Origin: an uncultured Collinsella sp.
GTDB lineage: Bacteria; Actinomycetota; Coriobacteriia; Coriobacteriales; Coriobacteriaceae
Direction: 5' to 3'
Length of the DNA: 64,000 nt
NCBI GenBank assembly: GCA_900542335.1
Contig: UQNG01000002.1
Location: forward strand, 946-64,945
Position 1 is the first letter of the stretch; every line of letters begins with the position of its first letter. The notes under the pieces are model-generated. The model did no database searches, was not told the origin of the DNA, and was given only the letters and a program-made list of their open reading frames with translations. The position numbers were made by a program, and so were the translations under genes. Shown one piece after another: positions 33,901 to 43,135 of the stretch.

Positions 33901-34992
33901 AAGCTCGGCACCAAGGACACCGACCAGTTCTGGATCGTGGGCTATGACGTTAAGGACGTCGAGATGCCCGACGCGCCGGCCGTGACGGGCTTTACGGCAA
34001 ACGCCGTCGATTCGACCAGCGTTACGTTTAGCTGGGACGATGTACTCGCAAACAAGAGTGGCTTTAGCTACGGCGTGGGCATGCTGCAGAGCAATGCGGC
34101 GGATGCGGTCGTCAATAGCTGGAAGATTGCCGACAACACGAAGACCTCGCTCAAGTGGGATGGGCTGCAGCCCAATACGGAGTATCGATTCGCCATCGCA
34201 GCTGTTGAAAATGGATCCACGACCGAAACGGGTATTCGCTCGGCAATCATCACGGTCAAGACCATGCCCGTTGGCATGACGATGACCGTGAGCGGACCTG
34301 CGGCGGATACAGCGGAGAGGTCGGCCCTCGAGTATGACTCTTCGGTCGAGTGCGCGGAGGGAGACAAGTTGACGCTTTCGGCGATCGGGCATGTGACGCA
34401 GCGCAATGCCGGCGGCAGTGAAACGGAGCTGGCGCCGTCGTATATCTGGTACCGCAAGGTTCGCGGCGAGGCCGAGTTCCAGCGCGTGGCTGCCGATGGC
34501 AGCCTCCCAGCCGGAACGGCCTCAACGCTCGAGATTGACCTGACGGCGGAGGATGACGGCGCGCAGTACTACTGCCACGTGGGATACAACGACGTGGGCC
34601 TCGACACCGGCACGACGCTCGTGAATATCGAGGCCGAGGAGACGGCGCCCACAACGGTGAACGCCACCCCGATCCGCACGCGCCGCCTGTTCTCACAGGC
34701 AAGTGCGGGCGCCAAGAAGTTCCTGGACCATACGCTGGTAAACACCGCCGGCCCAACCGATTCCGAAGGCTCAAAGGACCCCGAGACTCCTGAGACCCCG
34801 ACGAACCCGGACAAGCCCAAGTCCGACAACGGAGCTAAGACCGACACCAAGGTCAAGACTACGACAACAGCGAAGAACCTCGCAAACACCGGCGACCAAA
34901 CATTCGCCCTAGTCGCCACCGCAGCAGCAGCGGGAGCAACGCTCGTAGCGATAGCCCTCATCATGCTGATCAAGCGCCGCAAGACCCACTAG
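30904..34992 (+). CDS. large sortase-anchored surface protein (FG-GAP/VCBS-like repeats, Ser/Thr-rich beta region, FN3, Ig, LANTG anchor)
   Basis: Signal AQA|ADA; GDVDGDGVDE, AGDLDRDFCDD; GLQPNTEYRF (FN3); YIWY..DDGAQYYC (Ig); Pro-rich linker; LANTGD-TM-KRRK; alternative start at 30868. Confidence 0.85.
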   Translation: MYVPHPRIRRLSKIPLVGTAALAALIATSVACFTATPQVAQAADAPAITDMTEQDYQALGLGTSEDIPADTVGPYSTDAPTTFATRSEVYMAANGSHGNRYTLRGKLENVERGDIGGSSKLTDGYGSVWGAAKFWQNVNNFDTNSDLYKHSDYGGGTWSYLSNNESSTVLANDNNGFSGIHATSVEFCSDASTGKKSRVAELRAYGDSSSTTMDGKSYAGKVELVLYSFSNGRTRTLDTHLPVTVNTNMMYEGRFKYLDAGYLQEHDAVFDVEAGDVDGDGVDELFVYAGCYVDENGVRKAVVDMYDLEGGNWKQSVVKIDAGNAADYTTHNKGGNDSWTQLQSAPVVSLAAGDLDRDFCDDLAIVVSAPYGKKNIDKSTHCELFSWDASKGALVHVDGLGDAGAISLSANGKTMVAANATFGTFAAYDEEGKKTGETVTGLILAGYDWQRSAFDYGASDGSKGLYGALYRYAYFDSESGEFKLSDCKEYRDGLLASYGLMHVPNSAWKDSAQDKRYPCTLAPIALATANLDGLSEQLAVDEVLVGGDVFRDFACNTAQSGAQGLGSMVGTMSMSGQQYNSSNKHDHKGIEQVWISDVKAGSVSGSDRYNESFIAVVGKHRDEDLRKNDDYYWMTASHFSLDENGKVRRGEEQVISESNRRGTTYGTFISLALPDVDNDSVKITYKDRYKVYTNPRVLAVLQDAPYVEDLEQAYGYLVLGGTSYGEEKGTGTSQGYTIGAELGVAVEVQTGPPLVAMNASVDFAAEGCYDYRSERTVSASVSYESHAGEGDKAVLYTIPMVYYEYEIENEETGGKGVMAAPVSLGAQTSVVNVEAYDRIAKQHNMTPLSYFLTNRSGEPGTYQTTLNGETPVGDSFGLGKPGVTRAYTHDGFNGAAAQPGASIEQTIEVEEGKEQELELGLTLNGSVVMGAKLAKHELFGGLCFGANAGFTTGNSSSESTEYGGTVDNLPEAAQGKYGFVWRLGVNAVDVDKFEADSGDKLGTKDTDQFWIVGYDVKDVEMPDAPAVTGFTANAVDSTSVTFSWDDVLANKSGFSYGVGMLQSNAADAVVNSWKIADNTKTSLKWDGLQPNTEYRFAIAAVENGSTTETGIRSAIITVKTMPVGMTMTVSGPAADTAERSALEYDSSVECAEGDKLTLSAIGHVTQRNAGGSETELAPSYIWYRKVRGEAEFQRVAADGSLPAGTASTLEIDLTAEDDGAQYYCHVGYNDVGLDTGTTLVNIEAEETAPTTVNATPIRTRRLFSQASAGAKKFLDHTLVNTAGPTDSEGSKDPETPETPTNPDKPKSDNGAKTDTKVKTTTTAKNLANTGDQTFALVATAAAAGATLVAIALIMLIKRRKTH

Positions 34993-35018
34993 TAGCCAGT
35001 CGAACATATCGACAACCC

Positions 35019-35058
35019 AAAAACCCGGGTAGCCAAAAAACAGGCCACCCGGGTTTTC
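35019..35058 (+). terminator. intrinsic terminator
   Basis: AAAACCCGGGTAGCC/GGCCACCCGGGTTTT. Confidence 0.7.
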
Positions 35059-35079
35059 TGTTGAGTGGAGACTCCGCAA

Positions 35080-35312
35080 GCGGAAACTGCATCCCACAAT
35101 TAGGCCGAGAAATGGGATGAACTTTCCCAATGAGAGCCAACCGGAAACCACGTCCCAGAATCAGCCCCCAAAGTGGGACGCACTTTCCCAACGAGCCTCA
35201 ACCGGAAAATACATCCCGGAATCCAGCTGAATAGTGGGACACACTTTCTCAATCGGGTCCCAAGCGGAAACTGCATCCCATTCCAGACAAGAATTCCGGG
35301 ACACACTTTCCG
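35080..35312. repeat. second array of 61-62-bp palindromic units (about 4 copies)
   Basis: GGGA(C/T) starts at 35114, 35175, 35236, 35298; same consensus as 30320-30781. Confidence 0.88.
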
Positions 35313-35397
35313 CAAACAAAGAAGGCCACATAACGTGGCCTTCAACTTATATATGTTCGGCGATACACCCAAGACAAGCCACGCCCCAACATCAGGG

Positions 35398-35527
35398 CGT
35401 CTGTCCAGGCGGAGGCATATAAGGTTCATCGCGAGTTCCGCACGCAAAGGAGGCCACTTAATGTGGCCTCCGTCTTGCGCAGGACTGTCCGAGCAGGGAA
35501 CCTTATATGCCTCCGCCTGGACAGACG
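35398..35527 (-). repeat. structured hairpin element (right copy, inverted relative to 30135-30263)
   Basis: Reverse complement shares GTTCCCTGCTC..ACAGTCCTGCGCAAGACG.AGGCCACATTAAGTGGCCT.CTTTGCGTGCGGAACTCGCGATGAAC. Confidence 0.88.
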
Positions 35528-35554
35528 TTTCAGTTGTGGCTCAGCAGCTAGTCG

Positions 35555-37855
35555 CTACTTGATCTTGGTCGTGCCCGGCGCCAGGTTGGGGTCGGTCTCG
35601 TTGGCCTCGGTCTGGAAGTGCTCGGTATACACGTTCTTGCCGTCGCGGAACATCTCGTAGTACTGCATCTTGGCGTAATCCTCGCGCGCCTTGGTGGCGG
35701 CTGCTGCGGCGGCGTCGTCGCCGGTGACGTTGGAGGAGAGTGCCCAGCGCAGGCTGGCGTCCTCGTAGCCCACGGAGTTGATGGCGGGCAGCGACTCGCG
35801 CAGCGTCATGTGCGCTTTCTGGTAGTCGGAGAGAGGCGCGCCGATCAGCTGCATCAGCTGGGTGGACAGGTAGTTGGTGGACAGGTCGTCGACCGCACTC
35901 GTCTGGTCGCAACCGGCAACGTCGTAGTTGGCCCAGATGATGTAGTCGGTCTGCCACAGACGCTCCTGATGCGTGGCGTCGTCCTCGCCGGTAAACCACT
36001 TATCGTTGAACTTGGACGGGAAGAACGGCTGGTGGTCGCCCCAGAACACCACGACTACCTTGCGGTCGAGCTTGCTCAGGGCGTTGAGGAAGTAATGCAG
36101 CGCCTGGTCGGACTGCTCAATGCACGAGACGTACTCGTCGACATCGGACAGCGTGCCGTCCTCGATGGTCTTGGTGTCCAGGTCGGTCGTGTCGATGTTG
36201 AGATGCATCTGCTTGTCGACCGGCAGCAGACCCGTATCGTAACCCGAGTGGTTCTGCATGGTCACGTCGAAGATAAACTGCGGATCGGCGTTCTGGTCGA
36301 GCAGCTCAAGAATCTTGTCGTAGGTAGCCTGGTCGGTCACCATACCGCGCAGGGTGTCGGCTCCCTGGAAGTCGTTGATAGACAGGAACCGGTCAAAGCC
36401 AAAGTCCTTGTACACGTTCTCGCGGTTCCAGTTGGTTGCGTGGTTGGGGTGCATGGCCGTGGTGGAATATCCGAGCGACTTGAACTGCTCTGCCAGGTTC
36501 CCGGTCGTTTCCATGTTGTAGATGGTGTAGGGGTACACGCCCGAGCCCAGGTTGGCCATGGAGTTGCCGGTCATAAACTCAAACTCGGTATTGGCGGTGC
36601 CGCCGCCGTAGGCGCTCACGTAGAGTTTGCCGCGGCTGAGGCAGTTGGACAGGTTCTTAAAGTACTGCGGGCCTTCGTAGCCGGCGCGCATGTTCTGGTA
36701 GATCGAAAGATCCGAGAAGGTCTCGTTCATGATGGCGATGACCGTGGGCTTCTCGCTATCGAACTGCTCCTTTGCGGCGGTGCGCTCGTCACTCTTGGCA
36801 GCGTCGGACTTGTCGTAGGCCTTGGCGTACTTTTTGAGCGTGGCCTTGGCATCGTCGACAGAGTAGTCGGCGGGTTTGGGCGGCTTGATGGACTGTGCCG
36901 CACTAATAAAGGCGGGCAGATAGCCCTCGCGCCAGTAGCTCTCGAGCGGGCGCCAGGTGTAGACGGTGATGCCGAGGGTGTTGTAGTAGTCGATGAGCGT
37001 GACGTGTGCGGTCACACCGCCCAGGCACAGCACGGCGACGAGCAGGTTGGTGAGCAGCATGCGCTTGGCGTTGGCGGCGCCCTTCTGACGGTGCGGTGCC
37101 ACCAGGCCGGCGTACTCGCACAGCAGCATGGCGATGGCGGTAAAGCCCGTGGACAGCACGCAGAACAGTGAGATCGAGAAGGTGTAGCCGGTGCCGGCGA
37201 CCGCGGCGGCGGTGGAGATGGCCGAAAGGTCGCCCGGCTGGATGGGCATGGATTTAAACGTGATGACGAAGAACTCGGCAATGCCCAGGACAAAGAGGGC
37301 AAAGGCCAGGACCGCGGGAGCTGCGCCGTGGCGCTGGAACAGGAAGAACAGGCCGACCATGAGCGTGGTGATGATGGCCCACTCGAGCAGGATGCACAGG
37401 GGGTAGACCCAGGTAAAGTCGTGGTTGGACGAGACCTCCATGCCCAGCAGCGCAAAGACGCCGGCGAGCAGCAGGCACAGGACGGCGGCGACGAGCGGTT
37501 TACCCACAAAGGCTCCGCGCAGGCGGGCGAGCTTGCCGGTGGGGGCGGGGGCGTCGGGCCCGGCGAACGCAAAGACGCGCGGGGCGATGCGGTCGCGGGC
37601 GATGCTGGCCCAAGCGCAGCCGGTGAGGATAGCGTTGGTCAGGATGAGCATCACAAAGGCGAGCGGCTCGTTTTGCGCGACGAGGCCAATAGCGCCCCAG
37701 ACGGTCAAAAAGAGCTGGAACAGGCCAAAGGCGACGCTCCAGGCGAAGGCGCCCTTGGCAACGGTGCCCGACTGAGCGCGAATGGCCTTGGCTTCGCGCG
37801 AGACAAGGTAGACAGTCGCCGCAAGACCGACGAGCGAGATGGCGGCAGCGAACAT
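35555..37855 (-). CDS. LTA synthase family (alkaline phosphatase/sulfatase superfamily) membrane protein
   Basis: Multi-TM N-terminus; IMNETF, GGGTANTEFE, TMQNH, FWGDHQP; RBS GAGGAG. Confidence 0.9.
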   Translation of the reverse strand: MFAAAISLVGLAATVYLVSREAKAIRAQSGTVAKGAFAWSVAFGLFQLFLTVWGAIGLVAQNEPLAFVMLILTNAILTGCAWASIARDRIAPRVFAFAGPDAPAPTGKLARLRGAFVGKPLVAAVLCLLLAGVFALLGMEVSSNHDFTWVYPLCILLEWAIITTLMVGLFFLFQRHGAAPAVLAFALFVLGIAEFFVITFKSMPIQPGDLSAISTAAAVAGTGYTFSISLFCVLSTGFTAIAMLLCEYAGLVAPHRQKGAANAKRMLLTNLLVAVLCLGGVTAHVTLIDYYNTLGITVYTWRPLESYWREGYLPAFISAAQSIKPPKPADYSVDDAKATLKKYAKAYDKSDAAKSDERTAAKEQFDSEKPTVIAIMNETFSDLSIYQNMRAGYEGPQYFKNLSNCLSRGKLYVSAYGGGTANTEFEFMTGNSMANLGSGVYPYTIYNMETTGNLAEQFKSLGYSTTAMHPNHATNWNRENVYKDFGFDRFLSINDFQGADTLRGMVTDQATYDKILELLDQNADPQFIFDVTMQNHSGYDTGLLPVDKQMHLNIDTTDLDTKTIEDGTLSDVDEYVSCIEQSDQALHYFLNALSKLDRKVVVVFWGDHQPFFPSKFNDKWFTGEDDATHQERLWQTDYIIWANYDVAGCDQTSAVDDLSTNYLSTQLMQLIGAPLSDYQKAHMTLRESLPAINSVGYEDASLRWALSSNVTGDDAAAAAATKAREDYAKMQYYEMFRDGKNVYTEHFQTEANETDPNLAPGTTKIK

Positions 37856-38068
37856 GCTGAGACTCCTCACAAACTAAAACCTACGAAAGCGGGGGTTTAC
37901 CCGATTGTTACCTAAATATGCGCTGCATTTGCGGGCTGCGCACAACAACCAGCCATATTAACGCGCATGTGCGGCGGTGTGGCGCAATGTAGCGGCGGCC
38001 TGCGCGATAATGGACGGGAATTACACGGAAACGTAAAGGCTTCTTAAAGAATTGGCGAGGATAGAGCT

Positions 38069-38941
38069 ATGGGCGAGCAGGTTTGCAAGGCGGACATGGG
38101 CGGCGGCGGAGCTGCGGGCGTGGATGCGAACGGTTATCCGGTCGAGACGACGGGCAACGCGGTGCTGGACACGTTGGAGCACCGTTCCTCCACGCGTGCC
38201 TTCGCGCGTGATGACGACGACCGTCCCGTGGCGGTGACCGACGAGCAGCGTGCGGCGATTCTGCATGCGGCGAGTCGCGCGCCGTCGGCGGGCGCCATGA
38301 TGATGTATTCCATCGTGAGTATTCGCGAGCAGGCCACGCTCGATCGCCTGGCCGACCTGTGCGACCACCAGCCCATGATCGCCAAGGCGCCCTGGGCACT
38401 AATATTTGTGGTCGATTATGCCAAGTGGATCGATCTGTTTGAGCACGTGGGCTGCTTTGAGCCCGAGTTTGTCGAGCGCACGGGCAAGTCGCCCCGTCGT
38501 GCACCGGGTCTGGGCGACTTTGCCATCGCGGCCCAGGACGCCGTGATCGCCGCCCAAAACGCCGTGGTTGCCGCCGAGGCCCTGGGGCTGGGGAGCTGCT
38601 ATATCGGCGATGTCGTCGAGAATGCCGAGGAAGTTGCCGAGCTGCTCGGTCTGCCGCCCTATACCATGCCGCTGTCGATGCTCATCATCGGCACACCCCG
38701 CAAGGAGCGTCCGGCGATTGCGCATCCCGTGGTGAACCTGGTGCACGAAGAGCGCTACCGCCGCGCGGACGCTGCGACTATGGACGCGCAGGTGGCCGAG
38801 ATGGACGCGATGTTTCGTCCGCATGCCCGCGAGGTGGGCGAGCGCGTGGTGGATATCTACACCCGCAAACACACGAGTCCCTTTATGGCCGAGATGAGCC
38901 GCTCCATGGAATGGTGGTTCAAAAATTGGCTCGGAAAATGA
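38069..38941 (+). CDS. nitroreductase / NADPH-flavin oxidoreductase (NfrA-like)
   Basis: HRSSTRAF, RAPSAG, AQNAVVAAEALGLGSCYIG. Confidence 0.88.
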   Translation: MGEQVCKADMGGGGAAGVDANGYPVETTGNAVLDTLEHRSSTRAFARDDDDRPVAVTDEQRAAILHAASRAPSAGAMMMYSIVSIREQATLDRLADLCDHQPMIAKAPWALIFVVDYAKWIDLFEHVGCFEPEFVERTGKSPRRAPGLGDFAIAAQDAVIAAQNAVVAAEALGLGSCYIGDVVENAEEVAELLGLPPYTMPLSMLIIGTPRKERPAIAHPVVNLVHEERYRRADAATMDAQVAEMDAMFRPHAREVGERVVDIYTRKHTSPFMAEMSRSMEWWFKNWLGK

Positions 38942-38942
38942 C

Positions 38943-38977
38943 GAATGTGGCAAAGGGACAGTCCCTTTGCCACATTC
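38943..38977. repeat. short palindrome, CAAAGGGACAGTCCCTTTG family (copy 2)
   Basis: GAATGTGGCAAAGGGAC-A-GTCCCTTTGCCACATTC. Confidence 0.85.
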
Positions 38978-39100
38978 CATATCGCCGCGGTGGCCTAAAG
39001 GCCGTATAAATGTTTATCTAGCTGGGAAAACGGTGCCGTGCAAGCGCAGGTCGATTACCTATAATCCCTTCGAACATTAAAGTTGGGAGGAAACCGGCTT

Positions 39101-41128
39101 ATGGAACAAAAGGCCAAGGAGGCAGCCTCGCACGCTGCGATTCCTGTGAGCATCTCGGCGATGCTCGTCACGCTGGGCGTGGTGTACGGCGATATCGGCA
39201 CCAGCCCTATGTATGTAACCAAGGCGCTCGTCGCCGGCAACGGCGGCATCGGAAGCGTCACGGAGGAGTTCGTGCTCGGCGCGCTCTCCCTTGTCGTGTG
39301 GACGGTCACGCTGCTGACCACCATCAAGTATGTGCTCATCTCGCTGCGCGCCGATAACCATGGTGAGGGCGGCATCTTTGCCCTGTACAGTCTGGTCAAG
39401 CGCTGCGGCAAGTGGCTTATCATCCCCGCCATGCTGGGTGGCGCCGCGCTGCTCGCCGACGGCATCCTGACACCTGCCGTTACCGTTACCACGGCCATCG
39501 AGGGCCTGCGCACCATCCCGGCGGTCCATGCCGTGCTGGGCGATGACCAGGGTCGCGTCGTCGCCATTACGCTCGCCATCATCATCGTGCTCTTCTTGGT
39601 ACAGCGCATCGGTACGGCCAAGATCGGTCACGCCTTTGGCCCCATCATGACGCTGTGGTTCCTGTTCCTGGGCGGCACGGGTCTGTTCTTTGTCTTCCAG
39701 CACCCCGCCGTGCTGCTGTGTCTCAACCCGGTTCGCGGCATCGCCTTTTTGCTGAGCCCCAACAACCACGCGGGCATCATGATTCTGGGCAGCTGCTTCC
39801 TCGCCACCACCGGTGCCGAGGCGCTCTACTCCGACATGGGCCACGTCGGCCGCGGCAACATCTACGCTACCTGGCCGTTCGTTAAGTGCTGCCTGCTGCT
39901 TTCCTATATGGGCCAGGGCGCTTGGCTTATGAACAACGCCGCCAACCCCGAGCTCATGGGCATTGCCGATCTCAACCCGTTCTACCAGATGCTCGCCCCG
40001 GGCCTGCGCCCGTTTGCCGTCGGCCTTTCCACCGTCGCGGCCATCATTGCCTCGCAGGCGCTCATCACCGGCGCATTCTCGCTGGTGTCCGAGGCCAGCC
40101 GTCTGGACCTCATGCCGCACATGCAGGTCTTCTACCCTGCCGAGACCAAGGGCCAGCTCTACATCCCCATGGTCAACAACGTCATGCTTGTCGGCTGCGT
40201 CATCGTGGTGCTGCTGTTCCAGAACTCGGCGCATATGGAAGCCGCCTACGGCCTTGCCATCACGCTGACTATGATGTGCACCACGCTGCTGCTCTTCTTC
40301 TACCTGCACGAGGAGCGCAAGCTCAAGGTTGCTCCGTGGATCTTCGCGGCCTTCTTCCTTTTGCTCGAAGGCTTCTTCTTCGTGAGCTCGCTCACCAAGT
40401 TCTTCCACGGCGGCTACTTCACCATCCTCATGGCTGCACTCATCATGGGCATTATGGTGTGCTGGTACAACGGCACGGCGGTCGAGCAGCGCCAGTTTAC
40501 GCTGCTGCCGCTGCGCAGCTACCTGCCGCAGCTCAAGCGCCTGCGTGACGACGACCGTTACGAGCGCATGAGCGACAACGTCGTGTACCTGACCAAGGAC
40601 ACCCATACCGACTACATCGACCGCGATATCGTCTATTCGATCTTGGACAAGCATCCCAAGCGCGCCCGCGCCTGGTGGTTTGTGAATGTCGAGACCATGG
40701 ACGAGCCGCATACCTTTGCCTATTCGGTCGAGACGTTCGGCACCGACTACGTGTTCCGTGTGCATCTGTACCTGGGCTACAAGATCAACCAGCGCGTCAA
40801 TGCCTACCTGCGTCAGGTTGTTCAGGACCTGGCTGCCACCGGCGAGCTGCCGCCGCAGACGCATGACTACTCGGTCTACAAGGATCCGGGTAACATCGGC
40901 ACGTTCAAGTTCGTCCTGATCCGTAAGCTTCTGGCGCCCGAAAGCGATGTGGAGCCCAGCGAGCGTACGGCCATCACGCTCAAGTACATCATCCGTCGCG
41001 CCGCCGGCACGCCTGCGCGTTGGTACGGCCTGGAGAACTCCAACGTGAGCTTTGAGTACGTGCCACTGTTCACCAAGTTCAAGGCCGTGAACAAGATGCA
41101 GCGCCTGGCCCCCAATGAGCGGCCGTAG
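39101..41128 (+). CDS. kup: KUP/HAK/KT potassium uptake transporter
   Basis: GVVYGDIGTSPMY, ADNHGEGG, DGILTPA, TGAEALYSDMGH. Confidence 0.96.
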   Translation: MEQKAKEAASHAAIPVSISAMLVTLGVVYGDIGTSPMYVTKALVAGNGGIGSVTEEFVLGALSLVVWTVTLLTTIKYVLISLRADNHGEGGIFALYSLVKRCGKWLIIPAMLGGAALLADGILTPAVTVTTAIEGLRTIPAVHAVLGDDQGRVVAITLAIIIVLFLVQRIGTAKIGHAFGPIMTLWFLFLGGTGLFFVFQHPAVLLCLNPVRGIAFLLSPNNHAGIMILGSCFLATTGAEALYSDMGHVGRGNIYATWPFVKCCLLLSYMGQGAWLMNNAANPELMGIADLNPFYQMLAPGLRPFAVGLSTVAAIIASQALITGAFSLVSEASRLDLMPHMQVFYPAETKGQLYIPMVNNVMLVGCVIVVLLFQNSAHMEAAYGLAITLTMMCTTLLLFFYLHEERKLKVAPWIFAAFFLLLEGFFFVSSLTKFFHGGYFTILMAALIMGIMVCWYNGTAVEQRQFTLLPLRSYLPQLKRLRDDDRYERMSDNVVYLTKDTHTDYIDRDIVYSILDKHPKRARAWWFVNVETMDEPHTFAYSVETFGTDYVFRVHLYLGYKINQRVNAYLRQVVQDLAATGELPPQTHDYSVYKDPGNIGTFKFVLIRKLLAPESDVEPSERTAITLKYIIRRAAGTPARWYGLENSNVSFEYVPLFTKFKAVNKMQRLAPNERP

Positions 41129-41197
41129 TCGACGCTCGAGGTTTGTCTGCGAACGGGCGGGTTTGTATTGACGGGGATTGAGTCCTGGGAGGAAACC

Positions 41198-41392
41198 ATG
41201 GATGCAAAGGTGCTTGACGGTTGCGATCTTGCTGCCGAGATGGTGCGTGAGGCACGCGCCGATGCCGCCGAAGATCGGTTCTTTACGAATCGTGCCAACA
41301 TGGGCATGGCCGACCGCGTGATTTCGATCGTGGTGACGGTGCTTGTCGCGGCGTGCGTGTGCGCACTGCTCGCGCACGTGCTGTTTGTCTAA
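41198..41392 (+). CDS. small membrane protein (64 aa)
   Basis: RBS GGGAGG; C-terminal hydrophobic helix. Confidence 0.55.
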   Translation: MDAKVLDGCDLAAEMVREARADAAEDRFFTNRANMGMADRVISIVVTVLVAACVCALLAHVLFV

Positions 41393-41438
41393 CGACCGCA
41401 GGTTGCAAAGGCTTTACACTTGGAACCACCACAAGGGG

Positions 41439-41485
41439 AAACCACCACAAAGGTGCCTGTCCCCTTTGTGGTGGTTTTTGTTTTT
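41439..41485 (+). terminator. hairpin with T-run; variant of the GGGACAG palindrome family
   Basis: AAACCACCACAAAGG-TGCCTGTCC-CCTTTGTGGTGGTTT followed by TTGTTTTT. Confidence 0.65.
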
Positions 41486-41505
41486 GAGAGAGGGGCGGGG
41501 CGCTG

Positions 41506-43131
41506 ATGGACGTCCGTACGGACGGCGATATTGCCGATAGCTTTTGGTGGCGGCGCACAACGCTGACGCGCCGCACTCCTCTGTATGACGCCTGCGTATC
41601 GGTGGGGCTGCTGGTCGCGGCGACGATTGTGGGCGCGCTGCTCGACCATCCGGGTCTCGCGCCGAGCATCATGATCGTCTATGTGTTCGCCGTTCAGCTG
41701 TGCGCATTCTTTACCTGGAGTCGCCTGTATTGCTTGCTGAGCTCGGCTGCCGCCGTGGCGCTCTACAACTTCTTGTTTGTCGACCCGCGCTACTCGCTGT
41801 CGCTTATCGACCGCGGCTATCCCGGCATGTTCTTCATCATGTTCGTGGTTTCGCTCGTGTCGAGCTCGATTGCGTTGGCCCTGCGCCGCGCCTTGGCACA
41901 GGCTGCCGCCAGCGACCGCCGCACGCATATGGTGCTCGAGACCAACCGCATGCTGCAGCGGTGCGCCGATCAGCATCAGATCGTTCACGCCATGGCCACG
42001 CAGCTGGCGCGTCTTTCGGGCTGTCCGGTTGTGTGGTACAGCGCAGACGCCGAGGGCGATGACCTGCTGCCGCGTGCGACGTACACGGCCGTGGGCGATG
42101 CCGCCCCGGTGCACGAGCTGGCGCCGCAGATGCCGCCGCGGCTCTCGGCGTCCGCCTATGTGGGAACGCCGCTTGACGCCACGTTTGGCGGATCGGCGTT
42201 CTATGGCATCTACCTGACGGTTCGCACGGGCGACGGCTTCGTGCGCTCGGGCGACCCCGCCTCGGTGGTGGGCGTGCTGGCTATCGTTGCCGAGCCCGAT
42301 GTGCTAACACACGAGGAACGGACACTTGCCGATGCCATCGTGAGCGAAGGCGAGCTGGCACTCGATCGCGCCCGCGCCATGGAGGCCCGCGAGGAGGCGG
42401 CGGTGCTCGCCAAAAACGAGCAGCTGCGCGCCAACCTGCTGCGCTCCATCTCGCACGATTTGCGCACGCCGCTCACCAGTATTTCGGGCAATGCCGACGT
42501 GCTGCTCGACCAGGGCTCGACCGGCACCGCGGTGCTCGATGCCCAGACGCGCCGCGGGCTGCTTCTATCCATTCGCTCGGATGCGCTGTGGCTCAACGCC
42601 ACTGTCGAGAACCTGCTCGCCATCACCAAGCTCGAGGGCGGCGGCATGCATCTGTCGACTACGCTCGAGCTTATGGACGATATCGTCGAGGAGGCGCTGC
42701 GCCACGTAAGTCCGGCCGTGCGCGAGCACGACCTTAAGGTGGTGGCGTGCGACGAGCCGGCGCTCGTCAACGTCGACGCGCGCCTGATGGTGCAGCTGGT
42801 GGTCAATCTGGTGAACAACGCCATCACCTATACGCCCGCAGGCTCGCACATCGTGATCTCGATTGGCGTCGACGGTGGACGCGTAGTGTGCTCGGTGGCC
42901 GATGACGGCCCGGGCATTGCGCCCGAGGACCGCGAGCGAATCTTTGAGTCGTTCTACACCGCCAACCACGGTCTTGCCGACAGCCATCGCAGCGTGGGCC
43001 TGGGTCTTTCGCTCTGTCGCTCCATTGCGCTGGCGCATGGCGGTAGCATAGAGGTTGCCGCGGCGGACCCGCACGGCTCGGTCTTTACGATTGAGCTTCC
43101 CGTCGCCGATGTTTCGTTTGATAAGGAGTAG
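41506..43131 (+). CDS. kdpD: KdpD-like sensor histidine kinase lacking the N-terminal KdpD/Usp domains
   Basis: 4-TM DUF4118-like region (YNFLFVDPRYS), EQLRANLLRSISHDLRTPL, NLVNNA, DDGPG, GLGL. Confidence 0.85.
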   Translation: MDVRTDGDIADSFWWRRTTLTRRTPLYDACVSVGLLVAATIVGALLDHPGLAPSIMIVYVFAVQLCAFFTWSRLYCLLSSAAAVALYNFLFVDPRYSLSLIDRGYPGMFFIMFVVSLVSSSIALALRRALAQAAASDRRTHMVLETNRMLQRCADQHQIVHAMATQLARLSGCPVVWYSADAEGDDLLPRATYTAVGDAAPVHELAPQMPPRLSASAYVGTPLDATFGGSAFYGIYLTVRTGDGFVRSGDPASVVGVLAIVAEPDVLTHEERTLADAIVSEGELALDRARAMEAREEAAVLAKNEQLRANLLRSISHDLRTPLTSISGNADVLLDQGSTGTAVLDAQTRRGLLLSIRSDALWLNATVENLLAITKLEGGGMHLSTTLELMDDIVEEALRHVSPAVREHDLKVVACDEPALVNVDARLMVQLVVNLVNNAITYTPAGSHIVISIGVDGGRVVCSVADDGPGIAPEDRERIFESFYTANHGLADSHRSVGLGLSLCRSIALAHGGSIEVAAADPHGSVFTIELPVADVSFDKE

Positions 43132-43135
43132 CGCT

